44,600 nucleotides of DNA from the NCBI GenBank assembly GCA_963770835.1, contig CAVYRH010000014.1:1-44600 (forward strand), read 5' to 3'. This DNA comes from an uncultured Pseudomonadota bacterium. Lineage in GTDB: Bacteria > Oederibacteriota > Muellerivitia > Muellerivitales > Muellerivitaceae. Of the stretch, positions 18,401-27,707 are shown piece by piece. Each line of letters begins with the position of its first letter. Position 1 is the first letter of the stretch. The position numbers and the translations under genes were made by a program. Below the pieces are notes generated by a model. That model had not been told where the DNA came from. It did not search any database and saw nothing but the letters and a program-made list of their open reading frames with translations.

Positions 18401-21400
18401 TGAGGTGGAAGGCGGCGCGGGCGCCTATGCCTATAGCGGCAACGGCGGCAACGGCGGCAACGCGACGATGAACGTCGGGTCCGGCTTGAACCTGCTGGGC
18501 GGCACCGCCGCCACGGTGGAAGGCAACGCGGGTTCCTACAACTACTACGGTTACGGCCCCGGCGTGGGCGGCAGGGGCGGCAACGGAACGCTTTCGGTCG
18601 GGGGCGCGGTCACCATGGCCTTGAGCGACCTGACGGTCGAGGGCGGCGACGCCAGCTACGGATACGGGACCTCCACAATGACTGCGGGGGTGGGCGGCAA
18701 CGCCATCGCCACCATGGGAAGCCTGGCCATGACCCAGACCTCCAACCTTTTAGTGGAAGCCGGTGAAGGCGGCTCGGATGACGGCTATAACGGCGGGAAG
18801 TCCAGCCAGGCCGGCACCGCGGTCTTGGAGGTTTCGGGCGGCGTGGCCGTCAGCTCAAGCGCGATCACCGTGGAAGGCCAAACGGGCGGGTATGCCTACA
18901 GCAACGCGGGCAGCGCGGGCGGGGACGCGAGCTTTTTAACCGGCTCTGGGCTGTCCCTGACCAAGGCCGCGGCTTCTTCTTCCTCCGATCTTATAGTGGA
19001 GGGCGGCGAAGGCGGTTATGTCAACAAGGACCAATCGGGCCTGGGCGGCCGGGGCGGCAACGCCGACTTGTCGGTGGCGGGCGCGGTTTCCATGGACTCC
19101 AGCTACGCCACGGTCGAAGGCGGCGAGGGCGATTACGGCTATGGGTCCGCCGGGCAGGCCGAAACATCGGGCGGGAACGCCACGGCTTTAATGTCCAGTT
19201 TGACCATGACCGGCATTGCCGGGGGACAGTCCGATTTGTCGGTGGAAGGCAACATGGGAACGGGCGATTCCCAGGACGGTGGGGCCAGCGGCGGTGCCGG
19301 CGGCAAGGCCTTGCTTTCGGTCTCGGGCGCGGTTTCCCAGGATGACGGCTATGTTTACCTGCTCGGCGGCGCGGGTGGCTATTCCGACGGCGGCAACGGG
19401 GGCAACGGCGGGGACGCCACTATGACCGTGGGCTCCAATTTGACCTTGACCGGGGTTTCGGGCGCTTCCACGGTCTACATGGACGGCGGCAACGGCTCTT
19501 ATAACGACGACCAAGGCGTGGGCCTGGGCGGAAGCGGCGGCAACGCCAGCTTGTCCGTGGGCGGCGCGGTTTCCCTGACGGGTACCAGCGCGATCCAGAT
19601 TTTCGGCGGCGACGGCAGTTACGGTTACGGCGTCGCGGGCATGACTGAGGGTTCCGGGGGTAATGCCACGGCCACCATGGAGAGCCTGAGCCTGTCGAAC
19701 CATTCCAAAATTTTCGTCGGCGGTGACGGCGGGTCTTATGACGCCAGGAACGGCGGGGCCAATGGCGGGGCGGGCGGCAGCGGCACCCTGTCGGTTTCCG
19801 GGCCGGTCTCGGCCGATATCAGCTTCATCGACGTCTATGGCGGGACCGGGGGTTATTCCACCGGGCTTGCGGCCGGCAAGGGCGGCGATGCCACGGTGAA
19901 TATAGGCTCCAACCTGACGCTGACGGACTTAAGCATCGTCGATCTCTCCGGGGCCAGCGGCGGGTATGACGACAATACGGGCGGCGGCCTCTCCGCCAAG
20001 GGCGGCAACGCCAACCTGTCGGTTTCGGGCGCGGTCTCCATGGATTCCAGCGTCGTGAACGTCGCGGCGGGTTCGGCCTCTTACGGTTATGGTGCGGCGG
20101 GAGTGACCCAGGCCTCTGGCGGAAACGCCACGGCTTCCATGTCCAGCTTGACCATGACCGGGGTGGCGAGCGGCCCGAGCACCCTCTACCTTTTTGCCGG
20201 CGCGGGCGCGGAAGATGACCTCCACGGAACCGGCGGCAATGCCGGGAACGTCGAGTTGACCGTTAACGGCGCGGCCAGCGTGAGCAACAGTTCCTTGATC
20301 GAGCTTGTCGGGTCCACGGGCGGGACGGGCGCGGTTACGGGCATGGGAAGCCAGGTCTCGGCCTCCTTTGGTTCCCTGAACCTGGCGGATGCGGGTTCCA
20401 CCTTGAACGCGCAAAGCGTGAGCCAGGGCGGAAGCGTCTCCGTTGCCATCGGCACTCTCATGGGCGACGGGGCGGTTACCTTGAACGGTGCGGCCCAGAG
20501 CGGGCTTTATGTCTCGGCCGGCGATTTCACCGGACTTCTCAAGGGCAATGAAACCCTCGACAAGACCGGGACCGGAACCCTTATCCTTACCGGCTCCAAC
20601 ACCTATACGGGCGGCACCAGCATCCTGGGCGGCTCGCTGGCGGTGAGCGTGGGCAACGCGCTGGGCACGGGCAAAGTGGCGGTCGAGGGCGGGACGCTGG
20701 AAACCGACAACGGCCCCTTGACCATCGCGGTGGCGGGCAACTATAGCCAGGGGGCCTCGGGCAACCTGCAGATTGGCCTGGCCCGCGCCACCAGCCATGA
20801 CCTTTTGAGCGTGGCGGGCAACGCCGACCTAGGCGGCACCCTGACCGTGGCTTCCTCGGGCACGACCTTCCGGCCGGCCCTGGGTTCGGAATACCAGGCC
20901 GTGACCGTGGCGGGCGCCCTTTCGGGCAGCTTCGGCAGCCTGCATAGCGGCTTCCTGGGACTGCAATTCGAGCCCATTTACCAGGCCAACGACGTGCTGG
21001 TGGAAACCGAGGCCTTTTCGTTTGAGGCCGAGGGCACGAACGCCAACGGCAAGGCCTTGGGCGCGGTGCTGGACGGACTGGTTTCCTCGGGCAACGGGCC
21101 GGTTTCGGCGCTTTTGCAAATCCAGAACTCGTCCAACGTCAACCAGACGATGAACCAGGTGGCCCCGACGGCGCTCACCTCCGCTTTTGAGATGGGCTTC
21201 CTCAATTCGCAGGCCACGGCCCAATTGCTGGACGCGAGGCTTTCGGCCCTCTTTGAGGGCGGCCTTGGCGGGTCCTCCGCCTCGGCGTGGAACCGCAACG
21301 GCGGCAACCTGATGTTCGCGGGCAACATGTCCGCGGATGACGAGGAACAGATCGCCCAAAACGCCAAGGCCCGGGACCAGGGCGCCAACGGCAGCTGGGA

Positions 21401-22205
21401 CGGGTTCCTGACCGGCATTGGCAACTTCGGCGCGCTCACGGGCGACGCCAACACGGCCGGCTACAACTATTCGACCGGCGGGGTGATGGGCGGCGCGGAC
21501 CAGAAGATCGACCATGGCCTGAGCTGGGGCCTGATGGCGGGCTATGTCCAGTCGGTCATGACCGCTTCCGCCGGCTCGGTGACCCTCTCGGGCGCCCAAG
21601 TGGGCGTCTATGGCGGTACCAAGTCGGGGAACCTGGACCTGGGCGCGGTCCTTGCGGGCAGCCTGAACAGCTACAACACCAGCCGGGAAGTCATGGGCCA
21701 GACGGCCACCGGCAATACCCAGGGCATGGGCTTGAGCGGCCAGCTTTCCCTGGGCTACGACCTGGCGGCGGGCGGCTTGAAGTTGCAGCCCTTCGCCGAC
21801 GGCCAGTATTCCAGCGTGGGCATGAACGCCTTCACCGAATCCGGATCGTCCCTGGACAACAAGGTGGCGGCGCAGAGCCAGGACAGCCTTTCCAGCGACC
21901 TGGGCCTGAGGGCCCGTACGAGCCTGGAGATGGGCGGGGGATTCGCGCTGACGCCGAACGTGAGCGCGGCCTGGCAACACCTGTACCAGGGCAGCATGCC
22001 TGCCCTGGACAGCGCCTTTACGGCGGGCGGCGGCTCCTTCTCCGTGGATGGGCCGGCAACGGGCACGGACGGCTTCGTGCTTGGCGCGGGGGTGAACGCG
22101 AAGGTCGCCAAGGGGTTCAACCTCTTTGCCCAGTACCAGGGCACAGTGGGGATGACGAACTTCACTTCGCAGGAAGTGGATGGGGGTGTGAACGTCGGCT
22201 TCTAA
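15495..22205 (+). CDS. Type V autotransporter adhesin with Gly-rich repetitive passenger
   Basis: Signal peptide ending RSWA; GGNGGNA repeats; passenger-associated repeat LDKTGTGTLILTGSNTYTGGTSILGG; C-terminal beta-barrel ending GVNVGF. Confidence 0.92.
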   Translation: MKNVSGKISVKVSTLKALGRGLLLFTALAAGRSWAIPINPVTSANTFQSAVSTINGLGIANSLTFESGLIDLNTLTTPPLGTLNYNTIFVSTLGTVPVTLTNLGIGDAVSFNSTAQVQISGNYNFTILGGGNLGLNSGNNGISGNSASLTAGSILVDPGAGLYVAGGAGQAVTGYGSLVGNGGNGGNASLSVSGPVSVDGFSMAVSGGIGGNSYGANGGNGGNATATLGSSLGVSDSNFGVYGGEAGYNGDDGPGLGGNGGNATLSVAGAVAATVSSDIYVYGGVGEYGYGAHGQTEGNGGSAAASLGGTLALAGSNMFVEGATGASDDIGNGANGGAGGNSGLSVSGAVSVGAGELYVSGGEGGDSYGANAGNGGSASANFGSNLTLASATLGVAGAEGGYNDEEDPGVSGNGGNATLSVAGAVSVTASAVTVAGGGGDYGYASRGVTQGAGGNAQASMTGLNMGGTSNLEIYGGEGASDYGYTGGVGGAGGNAGLSVSQGVSLTGSYVYVSGGEGGYAYSANGLNGGDGMVSIGSNLSLASASSLDLYGGEGGYNDDAGNGVGGNGGNATLSVAGAVSIDDSAVTVLAGDGDEGYGDHGQTEGAGGNGFASLGSLSLVDHSILEVAGSTGAYDYEYNGANAGSGGNGTLDISGAVSMDTSDLGVYGGDGAYAYSGNGGNGGNANLNIGSNLTLNSAAGTVLGGYGYYNDDEGPGVSGNGGNAGLSVSGAVSMNAGTLLVEAGYADYGYGAGGTTEGSGGSASASIGGDLTMVTSTFDTLGEYGAYDERYGGASGGNGGNASLSVAGAASVSAGTLEVEAGAGGYSYSANGGNGGSASMSVGSGLTLNGTNSYVLGGDASYNDDEGLGVGGSGGNAGLSVGGAVSMGTSTLEVEAGYGYEGYGGSGMSEGAGGSATASVGSLTAGNSTFEVLGNYGGYDYAYNGANAGSGGNASLSVNGAASVSHTTFEVEGGAGAYAYSGNGGNGGNATMNVGSGLNLLGGTAATVEGNAGSYNYYGYGPGVGGRGGNGTLSVGGAVTMALSDLTVEGGDASYGYGTSTMTAGVGGNAIATMGSLAMTQTSNLLVEAGEGGSDDGYNGGKSSQAGTAVLEVSGGVAVSSSAITVEGQTGGYAYSNAGSAGGDASFLTGSGLSLTKAAASSSSDLIVEGGEGGYVNKDQSGLGGRGGNADLSVAGAVSMDSSYATVEGGEGDYGYGSAGQAETSGGNATALMSSLTMTGIAGGQSDLSVEGNMGTGDSQDGGASGGAGGKALLSVSGAVSQDDGYVYLLGGAGGYSDGGNGGNGGDATMTVGSNLTLTGVSGASTVYMDGGNGSYNDDQGVGLGGSGGNASLSVGGAVSLTGTSAIQIFGGDGSYGYGVAGMTEGSGGNATATMESLSLSNHSKIFVGGDGGSYDARNGGANGGAGGSGTLSVSGPVSADISFIDVYGGTGGYSTGLAAGKGGDATVNIGSNLTLTDLSIVDLSGASGGYDDNTGGGLSAKGGNANLSVSGAVSMDSSVVNVAAGSASYGYGAAGVTQASGGNATASMSSLTMTGVASGPSTLYLFAGAGAEDDLHGTGGNAGNVELTVNGAASVSNSSLIELVGSTGGTGAVTGMGSQVSASFGSLNLADAGSTLNAQSVSQGGSVSVAIGTLMGDGAVTLNGAAQSGLYVSAGDFTGLLKGNETLDKTGTGTLILTGSNTYTGGTSILGGSLAVSVGNALGTGKVAVEGGTLETDNGPLTIAVAGNYSQGASGNLQIGLARATSHDLLSVAGNADLGGTLTVASSGTTFRPALGSEYQAVTVAGALSGSFGSLHSGFLGLQFEPIYQANDVLVETEAFSFEAEGTNANGKALGAVLDGLVSSGNGPVSALLQIQNSSNVNQTMNQVAPTALTSAFEMGFLNSQATAQLLDARLSALFEGGLGGSSASAWNRNGGNLMFAGNMSADDEEQIAQNAKARDQGANGSWDGFLTGIGNFGALTGDANTAGYNYSTGGVMGGADQKIDHGLSWGLMAGYVQSVMTASAGSVTLSGAQVGVYGGTKSGNLDLGAVLAGSLNSYNTSREVMGQTATGNTQGMGLSGQLSLGYDLAAGGLKLQPFADGQYSSVGMNAFTESGSSLDNKVAAQSQDSLSSDLGLRARTSLEMGGGFALTPNVSAAWQHLYQGSMPALDSAFTAGGGSFSVDGPATGTDGFVLGAGVNAKVAKGFNLFAQYQGTVGMTNFTSQEVDGGVNVGF

Positions 22206-22227
22206 GAGGCGGCTGAAGATTTAAACG

Positions 22228-22261
22228 AAGGGGCCCGGCTTAAGCCGGGCCCCTTTTTTTT
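22228..22261 (+). terminator. Rho-independent terminator
   Basis: Perfect stem AAGGGGCCCGGCTT/AAGCCGGGCCCCTT followed by a T run. Confidence 0.9.
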
Positions 22262-22429
22262 GCGCGGCGGCACTTGAATGTGGCCCGGCCTTAGGACTTT
22301 TTTTTCAATAAAAACCACTGTTTTTGTTGAGCCGCGGCCAAACCACAAGGCAAGTGCCAGCTCCAAAGAAAAAGGGGCCTGCCCCTTTGTTCAACTTGAA
22401 AGCGGGATGGGCCGGGAATTGAACCGGCG

Positions 22430-24532
22430 CTAGGACCGGCCGCGCAGGAGCGCTTCGACCTCACCCGCCGTAAGGGGAGGGCTCAAAAGATAACCTTGAA
22501 TGATGATCCCCCGGTGTTTCCGGAAGAATTCCAGTTGGGCCCCGTTTTCCACGCCTTCCACCACGACTTCCAGCCCCAGTTTCTGGGCCAAAACGATGAT
22601 GGCGGTCACGATGGCCTCCTCCTTGGCCCCTTTGCCCAGGTCCGAAACGAAGGATTTGTCGATCTTCAGGCTATGGAGGGGGAAATTCTTCAGGTACCCC
22701 AAGGAGGAATAGGCGATCCCGAAATCATCGAGGGCGATGCGGACCTTCACGACTTCCGTCATTTCCCTTAAAACCGCCAAGGTAAAGGCCGGATTGCGCA
22801 TGGCGATGCTTTCGGTGAGCTCGAACTCCAGGTATTGGGGGTCCAAGCCCACCTCCTTGAGGATCTTGTCGACGAGAAAGGGAAGGGTGTGTTTGAGGAA
22901 TTGGACGCCGGAAAGGTTGACCGACACGCGCACCGGCCTCAGGCCCTTGTCTTGCCAGCCCTTGGCCTGGGCGCAGGCCTTCTGGATAACCCACTGGCCC
23001 AGGGGAATGATCAGTCCCGTTTCCTCCGCCAGGGGTATGAAATCCGACGGCGCAATGGGCCCCTGCGTGGGATGGTTCCATCTCAAGAGCGCCTCCAGGC
23101 CCACCACCCGTCCGGTGTCCAGGTCCACCTGGGGCTGGTAGCACAGGTCGAATTCCCCGTTGTCCATGGCCTTGAAAAGGCTGTTTTCCATCTCCAGCCG
23201 GTCGATGCTGCTGACGTTCATTGAATCGTGGTAGGCCTGGAAATTATTCCGGCCGGTTTCCTTGGCGCGGTACATGGCCATGTCCGCCCGTTGGACCAGC
23301 TTTTCCGAGTCGGAGGCGTCGTCCGGGTAAAAGCTGATGCCGATGCTGGCCGAGATGTGCAGCTCATGGCGTTGGAGCTGGAAAGGCTTGGACAGGGACT
23401 CCAAGATCTTGCGGGCGGTATGCGCCGCTTCCTCCGCCCCCGCCATGTCGGCCAGGAGGATGGTGAACTCGTCCCCGCCGATGCGGGCGGCCGTGACCGC
23501 CGGGCCCAGGAGGCCTTTGAGCCGCAGGGCCACGGCCCTCATGAGCTCGTCCCCGACGGAATGGCCCAGGGTGTCGTTGATCATCTTGAAGCGGTCCAGG
23601 TCCAGGAACATCAGCCCCACCCGGCCGCCCGTGCGGGCGGCCTGGCGAAGGGTCGTTTGGAGCCGGTCGTAGAAAAGGAACCGGTTGGGCAGCCCCGTTA
23701 CCGGGTCCAGGTAGGCGCCCTGGAAGAGGCTCTCCTCCTCCTTTTTGCGTTGGGTGACATCCCGCAGGCTGATGACGCGGGCCGGCGTACCCTCAAACAG
23801 GCAGGGCTTGATGCTGAATTCCAGGTTGAGCCCGCCGCCGTCTTTCCGGCGGCCAAAGACCGTCATCGGCGCGTCCGAACCCCTTTCGAGCTGGGACTGG
23901 AAGTAGGAAAGGTATTCCGGATCGCAAAATAAGGACAGGGGGCTGCCGATGGTTTCCCCCGGCCCGTAGTCCAGGGTCTTTTCGAAGGCCGAGTTGGCGG
24001 CCAGGATGATGCCGCCGCGAAAAACGGCCACCCCGTCGAGGGTCATTTCCATGAGGGCCTTGAAGCCCTCCTGGCTCTGGTCCAACACCCGGTTGTCGTG
24101 GTTGCGGACCTGCTGGCGCTGGACCGCGAAACGGATGGCCTGCCATATCTGGCCGCCGTCCGCCTGCCCCTTGACCAGGTAATCCTGGGCCCCGCCTTGG
24201 AGGGTCTCAGAGCTGCCCTCGGCCTCGGTCCGGCCCGAAAGGACCACGATGGAGGTGCGGGGCGCCGCCAGCGCGATTTCCCGCAGGGTTTCCAGGCCAT
24301 TCCCGTCGGGGAGGTTCAAGTCCAACAGGATCACGTCGATGCCGCCCTTGGCGAGGCGGTCCTTGGCTTCCCGGCAATTTTTCGCGCAGATGATGTCCCA
24401 GGAGGGTGTCCGTAGGCCGCGGGAAGTGAAATAGGGGCTCACGGATTCGAGTAGTTCGGCCTTCAACAGCAGGGCGTCGCCCGGGTTGTCTTCAACGTGG
24501 AGAATGCTGACCTTTTCATGAGTGAGAACCAT
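22430..24532 (-). CDS. REC-PAS-GGDEF-EAL c-di-GMP cyclase/phosphodiesterase
   Basis: HVEDNPGD and LLDLNLPDG receiver; PAS ending RDVTQRK; ARIGGDEF; LEALLRW; IALDDFGIAYSSL; VVEGVE. Confidence 0.95.
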   Translation of the reverse strand: MVLTHEKVSILHVEDNPGDALLLKAELLESVSPYFTSRGLRTPSWDIICAKNCREAKDRLAKGGIDVILLDLNLPDGNGLETLREIALAAPRTSIVVLSGRTEAEGSSETLQGGAQDYLVKGQADGGQIWQAIRFAVQRQQVRNHDNRVLDQSQEGFKALMEMTLDGVAVFRGGIILAANSAFEKTLDYGPGETIGSPLSLFCDPEYLSYFQSQLERGSDAPMTVFGRRKDGGGLNLEFSIKPCLFEGTPARVISLRDVTQRKKEEESLFQGAYLDPVTGLPNRFLFYDRLQTTLRQAARTGGRVGLMFLDLDRFKMINDTLGHSVGDELMRAVALRLKGLLGPAVTAARIGGDEFTILLADMAGAEEAAHTARKILESLSKPFQLQRHELHISASIGISFYPDDASDSEKLVQRADMAMYRAKETGRNNFQAYHDSMNVSSIDRLEMENSLFKAMDNGEFDLCYQPQVDLDTGRVVGLEALLRWNHPTQGPIAPSDFIPLAEETGLIIPLGQWVIQKACAQAKGWQDKGLRPVRVSVNLSGVQFLKHTLPFLVDKILKEVGLDPQYLEFELTESIAMRNPAFTLAVLREMTEVVKVRIALDDFGIAYSSLGYLKNFPLHSLKIDKSFVSDLGKGAKEEAIVTAIIVLAQKLGLEVVVEGVENGAQLEFFRKHRGIIIQGYLLSPPLTAGEVEALLRGRS

Positions 24533-24732
24533 TTTTGCTCCTTGGGATCAAAAGGCGGGGTCCCACGGGCAGGTGGTAAATGAAGGGGTTTAAGGTTTTT
24601 GTGTATACCTATTATATTTAGGATTTCATCCTGTCAATCCGGGGGACCTACGTTTTTAGGTGAGTTTTTCCTTGTTTTTGAAATATATCTGGTGGTTAGG
24701 AGGGAAGGAGGCCGGGTGTTCCACTTTCGCTA

Positions 24733-24795
24733 AGGGAAACAAAGGGCCTGGCCCATTTTGTTTTTTAATGGAGGTTGGCCCGCCTCTTTGTTCCT
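24733..24795. repeat. REPIN-like inverted doublet, same family as 12433-12501
   Basis: AGGGAAACAAAGGGCCTGGCCC...GGCCCGCCTCTTTGTTCCT. Confidence 0.6.
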
Positions 24796-24816
24796 CATCC
24801 AGGATAAAATGCGCCC

Positions 24817-25242
24817 ATGAATCGCGAAATATTCACCCCGCCCGGCGGCCCGCCCCAGTCCGGCCCCAGCCGGGAAATCTACGCCCTCATGGGCGAGGAA
24901 AATATCTTCAAGATGCTGTCGGACTTCTACAAGGAACTGGAAAAGTCCGGTATCCGGCGCCTCTTCCCCCCGGACATGGAAGAAGCCTCGAAAAAATCGG
25001 CCAAGTTCTTCGTGCAGGTCCTGGGCGGCCCGCCCCTTTACGTGATCGACCACGGCCCGCCGCGCATGCGGGGGAGGCACCTGCCCTTTGAGATCGACGA
25101 GGCGGCGCGCCAGGTTTGGCTGGGCTGTTTCGCAAAGGTGCTGGAGGGGGCGGAGGCGAAATACAACTTCCCGGCGGAACATATGCAGGGCTTCAAGGAC
25201 TTCCTAAAGGATTTTTCCGCCTGGATGGTCAACAAGGGCTGA
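24817..25242 (+). CDS. Truncated (2/2) globin, group II-like
   Basis: IYALMGEENI, DFY, LGGPPLY..HGPPRMRGRHLPFEI, VWLGCF. Confidence 0.9.
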   Translation: MNREIFTPPGGPPQSGPSREIYALMGEENIFKMLSDFYKELEKSGIRRLFPPDMEEASKKSAKFFVQVLGGPPLYVIDHGPPRMRGRHLPFEIDEAARQVWLGCFAKVLEGAEAKYNFPAEHMQGFKDFLKDFSAWMVNKG

Positions 25243-25243
25243 A
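25190..25243 (+). repeat. Direct repeat copy 1: 3' end of the globin gene (54 bp)
   Basis: Matches 26550-26604 with 3 substitutions and one 1-nt indel. Confidence 0.92.
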
Positions 25244-25332
25244 TAGAACACAGGAAAAGAGCCAGGCCCCGAAGCAGGGCGAAGAATAAGGGTGGCTTCG
25301 GGGCAGGCTCCTGAAACAGGGTTTCGAACGGC

Positions 25333-26313
25333 TCAGGGCCCGAAGACCCAGCAGGAATTATTGGCCATGATGTACATCTTGCCGTTCTGGCCCAAGCAAA
25401 GGTAATCAAAGGGAGGCAAGGCATGGGGCGCCGTATTGCCCCATTGGCAAAGGTAGGTCCCGTTCACGTTGAACTCCGATACCCGCTGGTTGGTGAAATC
25501 CGCCACATAGACGATTCCGTTTAAATCCACGCAAACACCGCAGGAGAGAATCCCGCACTGGCCGGGGCCGATTCCGGGTGTCCCAATCTGGCACTCGAAG
25601 GTTCCCGTGTTGGTGTATTTATAAACACAGGAGTTGTTGTAGTCCGGCGTGTAAACATTGCCCCAATGGTCACAGGCGATGCCATCCGGATTGCTGTTGT
25701 TGTTGCTCCAGGTTCCGTTGGTGGACCAGCTGGTGATATAGTTGCCGTTGTCGTCGAACTTCTGGATATCCTGGTTTCCGGCGTCACAGGTGTAGATGTT
25801 GTTGGAAAGGTCGCAGGCGATGCCGCGGGGGGAGCTGAACTGGGAAGGGCCGGATCCATAGGTCCCCCAGGACTTGATGAAGCTGCCCGTATCCGTGAAT
25901 TTCTGCATATTCTTATTCCCGTCATCGATGGTGAAGACGTTGTCGTTGGAGTCGATGCAAACGCCCTGGATTTCGCTGAATTGGCTGTTCCCGCTTCCGG
26001 GGGTGCCCCATTGGAGGATGAAGTTACCGGAGCTGTCGAATTTTTGAACCCGGTAATTCATCCTGTCGGGGACGTACAAGTCGCCGTGGGAGTCCATTTG
26101 GATGCCGTAAACCGAATTGAACTGCATGGGCCCGCTGCCTTCCGAACCCCATTGAGTGATATAAGCCAGGATTTGGCCCGAGGTGGCGATGGGGGCGGTG
26201 TTGGAAGCGGAGGCGGATTGAGGTGCGGCGGGATACATAAAAGATTTGGAACAACCGGTAAGAAAAAGACTGCCAGCCAAAATGAGGTAAACCCAACCCG
26301 TTCCTTTATTCAT
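25333..26313 (-). CDS. NHL-repeat beta-propeller lipoprotein
   Basis: Start reassigned to ATG 26313 after GGAGG; lipobox FLTG-C; repeated WG..GSG..QF..P.GI..D...N.Y..D..N.R.QKF. Confidence 0.92.
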   Translation of the reverse strand: MNKGTGWVYLILAGSLFLTGCSKSFMYPAAPQSASASNTAPIATSGQILAYITQWGSEGSGPMQFNSVYGIQMDSHGDLYVPDRMNYRVQKFDSSGNFILQWGTPGSGNSQFSEIQGVCIDSNDNVFTIDDGNKNMQKFTDTGSFIKSWGTYGSGPSQFSSPRGIACDLSNNIYTCDAGNQDIQKFDDNGNYITSWSTNGTWSNNNSNPDGIACDHWGNVYTPDYNNSCVYKYTNTGTFECQIGTPGIGPGQCGILSCGVCVDLNGIVYVADFTNQRVSEFNVNGTYLCQWGNTAPHALPPFDYLCLGQNGKMYIMANNSCWVFGP

Positions 26314-26549
26314 ATAAGCCTCCGAATAGTACTTCTTTAAAATTTGATAATTAACTGAATATGAAAGACTTTTATTCTTAATGCACAGACCGTGCCATGC
26401 CGGATTATTTGGAAATTCCGTGTTTTCGGGTTCGGGGCGGCCTGGAAGAGAAGTCAAAACTTTGCCTTTGTTTTGGGGTTCGAACACCTTGATGTTGTTG
26501 TCCGCCACATCGACGGTATCTGGTGTTCGCCCTAAAGGGCCTTTGCCGA

Positions 26550-26604
26550 GCTTCAAGGACTTCCTACAGGAACTTTTCCGCCTGGATGGTCAACAAGGCC
26601 TGAA
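26550..26604 (+). repeat. Direct repeat copy 2: displaced, frameshifted copy of the globin 3' end
   Basis: GCTTCAAGGACTTCCTACAGGAACTTTTCCGCCTGGATGGTCAACAAGGCCTGAA. Confidence 0.92.
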
Positions 26605-26750
26605 CGGAACAAATGGGGGATTTCAAACGAATTTCAGATCCCGGGCAAAAGGGAACGGTGGTTCGGCCCCTTTTGCCGCTTATCACCTACCCTAAAATTT
26701 TCCACTTTAGATATCCTTCATTAAGACCGACAATCCACTCAGGACACCCC

Positions 26751-27707
26751 ATGGCCTTCGACCCCATTAACCCCAAAGCCTCTCTCGAGGCCCGCAAGCT
26801 CCTGCAATTCCTCTATTCCATTTCCGGCAAGAAGACCCTCTCCGGCCAGCACAATTACCCTGGCTTCCATTCCGGTTATTCGGAGCGCGCTCAGGAGATT
26901 AGCGGACATGCCCCGGCCCTATGGGGGCAGGATTTCGGGTTCACCGGGGGGGCGGAGGACAAGGACGCCATCTCCAACCGGGAGGCCAATATGGAGGAGG
27001 CCATCCAGCGTCATAAGGAGGGGTCCATCATCACGCTCATGTGGCACGCGGTGCGGCCCATGGACGAGGAACCCAATGGGTGGAAGGAAAGCGTGCAGAA
27101 CAAGCTCACCGACGCCGAGTGGAGGGAATTGGCCACGCCCGGGACACCGCTCCACAACCGCTGGCTCAACCAGTTGAAGGTGGTGGCGGGCCACCTGACG
27201 AAGCTGCGCGACGCCCGCGTGCCCGTCCTTTGGAGGCCCTACCACGAGGGGAACGGAAACTGGTTTTGGTGGGGTGGCCGGCCCGGCCCCCGCGGGACCC
27301 AGGCGCTTTACCGCCTCATGTTCCAGATTTTCACCGGCCTCTATGGCTTGAACAACCTGCTGTGGGTTTGGGACGCCAACAAAGTGAATGACGAGGGGAA
27401 CGCGGGCCCCTACCGGGACTATTACCCCGGGCACGCCACCGTGGACATCCTCGCCACCGATATCTACCACGCGGACTACCGGGACAGCCAGTACACGGAG
27501 CTCGTAAAGTTGGCGGAGGGGAGGCCTGTCGCCTTGGGCGAGATAGGGCCTGTCCCCGATCCCGCGATATTCCAGCGCCAGCCGGGTTGGGCCTGGTTCA
27601 TGATCTGGCCCGATTACCTGGACAAGGAAAACACCCACGAGGGCATCCGCGCGCTTTACCAGGACCCCCGGGTCCTTTCCCGCGAAGGACTCCCGAAAAT
27701 CCTTTGA
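26751..27707 (+). CDS. Glycoside hydrolase family 26 (beta-mannanase-like), no signal peptide
   Basis: TLSGQH, WRPYHEGNGNWFWWG, NNLLWVW, YYPG..VDI, ALGEIG; ATG 26751 after AGGA. Confidence 0.93.
   Translation: MAFDPINPKASLEARKLLQFLYSISGKKTLSGQHNYPGFHSGYSERAQEISGHAPALWGQDFGFTGGAEDKDAISNREANMEEAIQRHKEGSIITLMWHAVRPMDEEPNGWKESVQNKLTDAEWRELATPGTPLHNRWLNQLKVVAGHLTKLRDARVPVLWRPYHEGNGNWFWWGGRPGPRGTQALYRLMFQIFTGLYGLNNLLWVWDANKVNDEGNAGPYRDYYPGHATVDILATDIYHADYRDSQYTELVKLAEGRPVALGEIGPVPDPAIFQRQPGWAWFMIWPDYLDKENTHEGIRALYQDPRVLSREGLPKIL

Noticed and set aside
15950..20330. CRISPR array or DNA-level tandem repeat (recurring GGCGGCAACGGCGGCAAC)
   Set aside because: The repeats are in-frame codons for GGNGGNA with synonymous variation inside one ORF; there is no repeat-spacer pattern and no cas gene.
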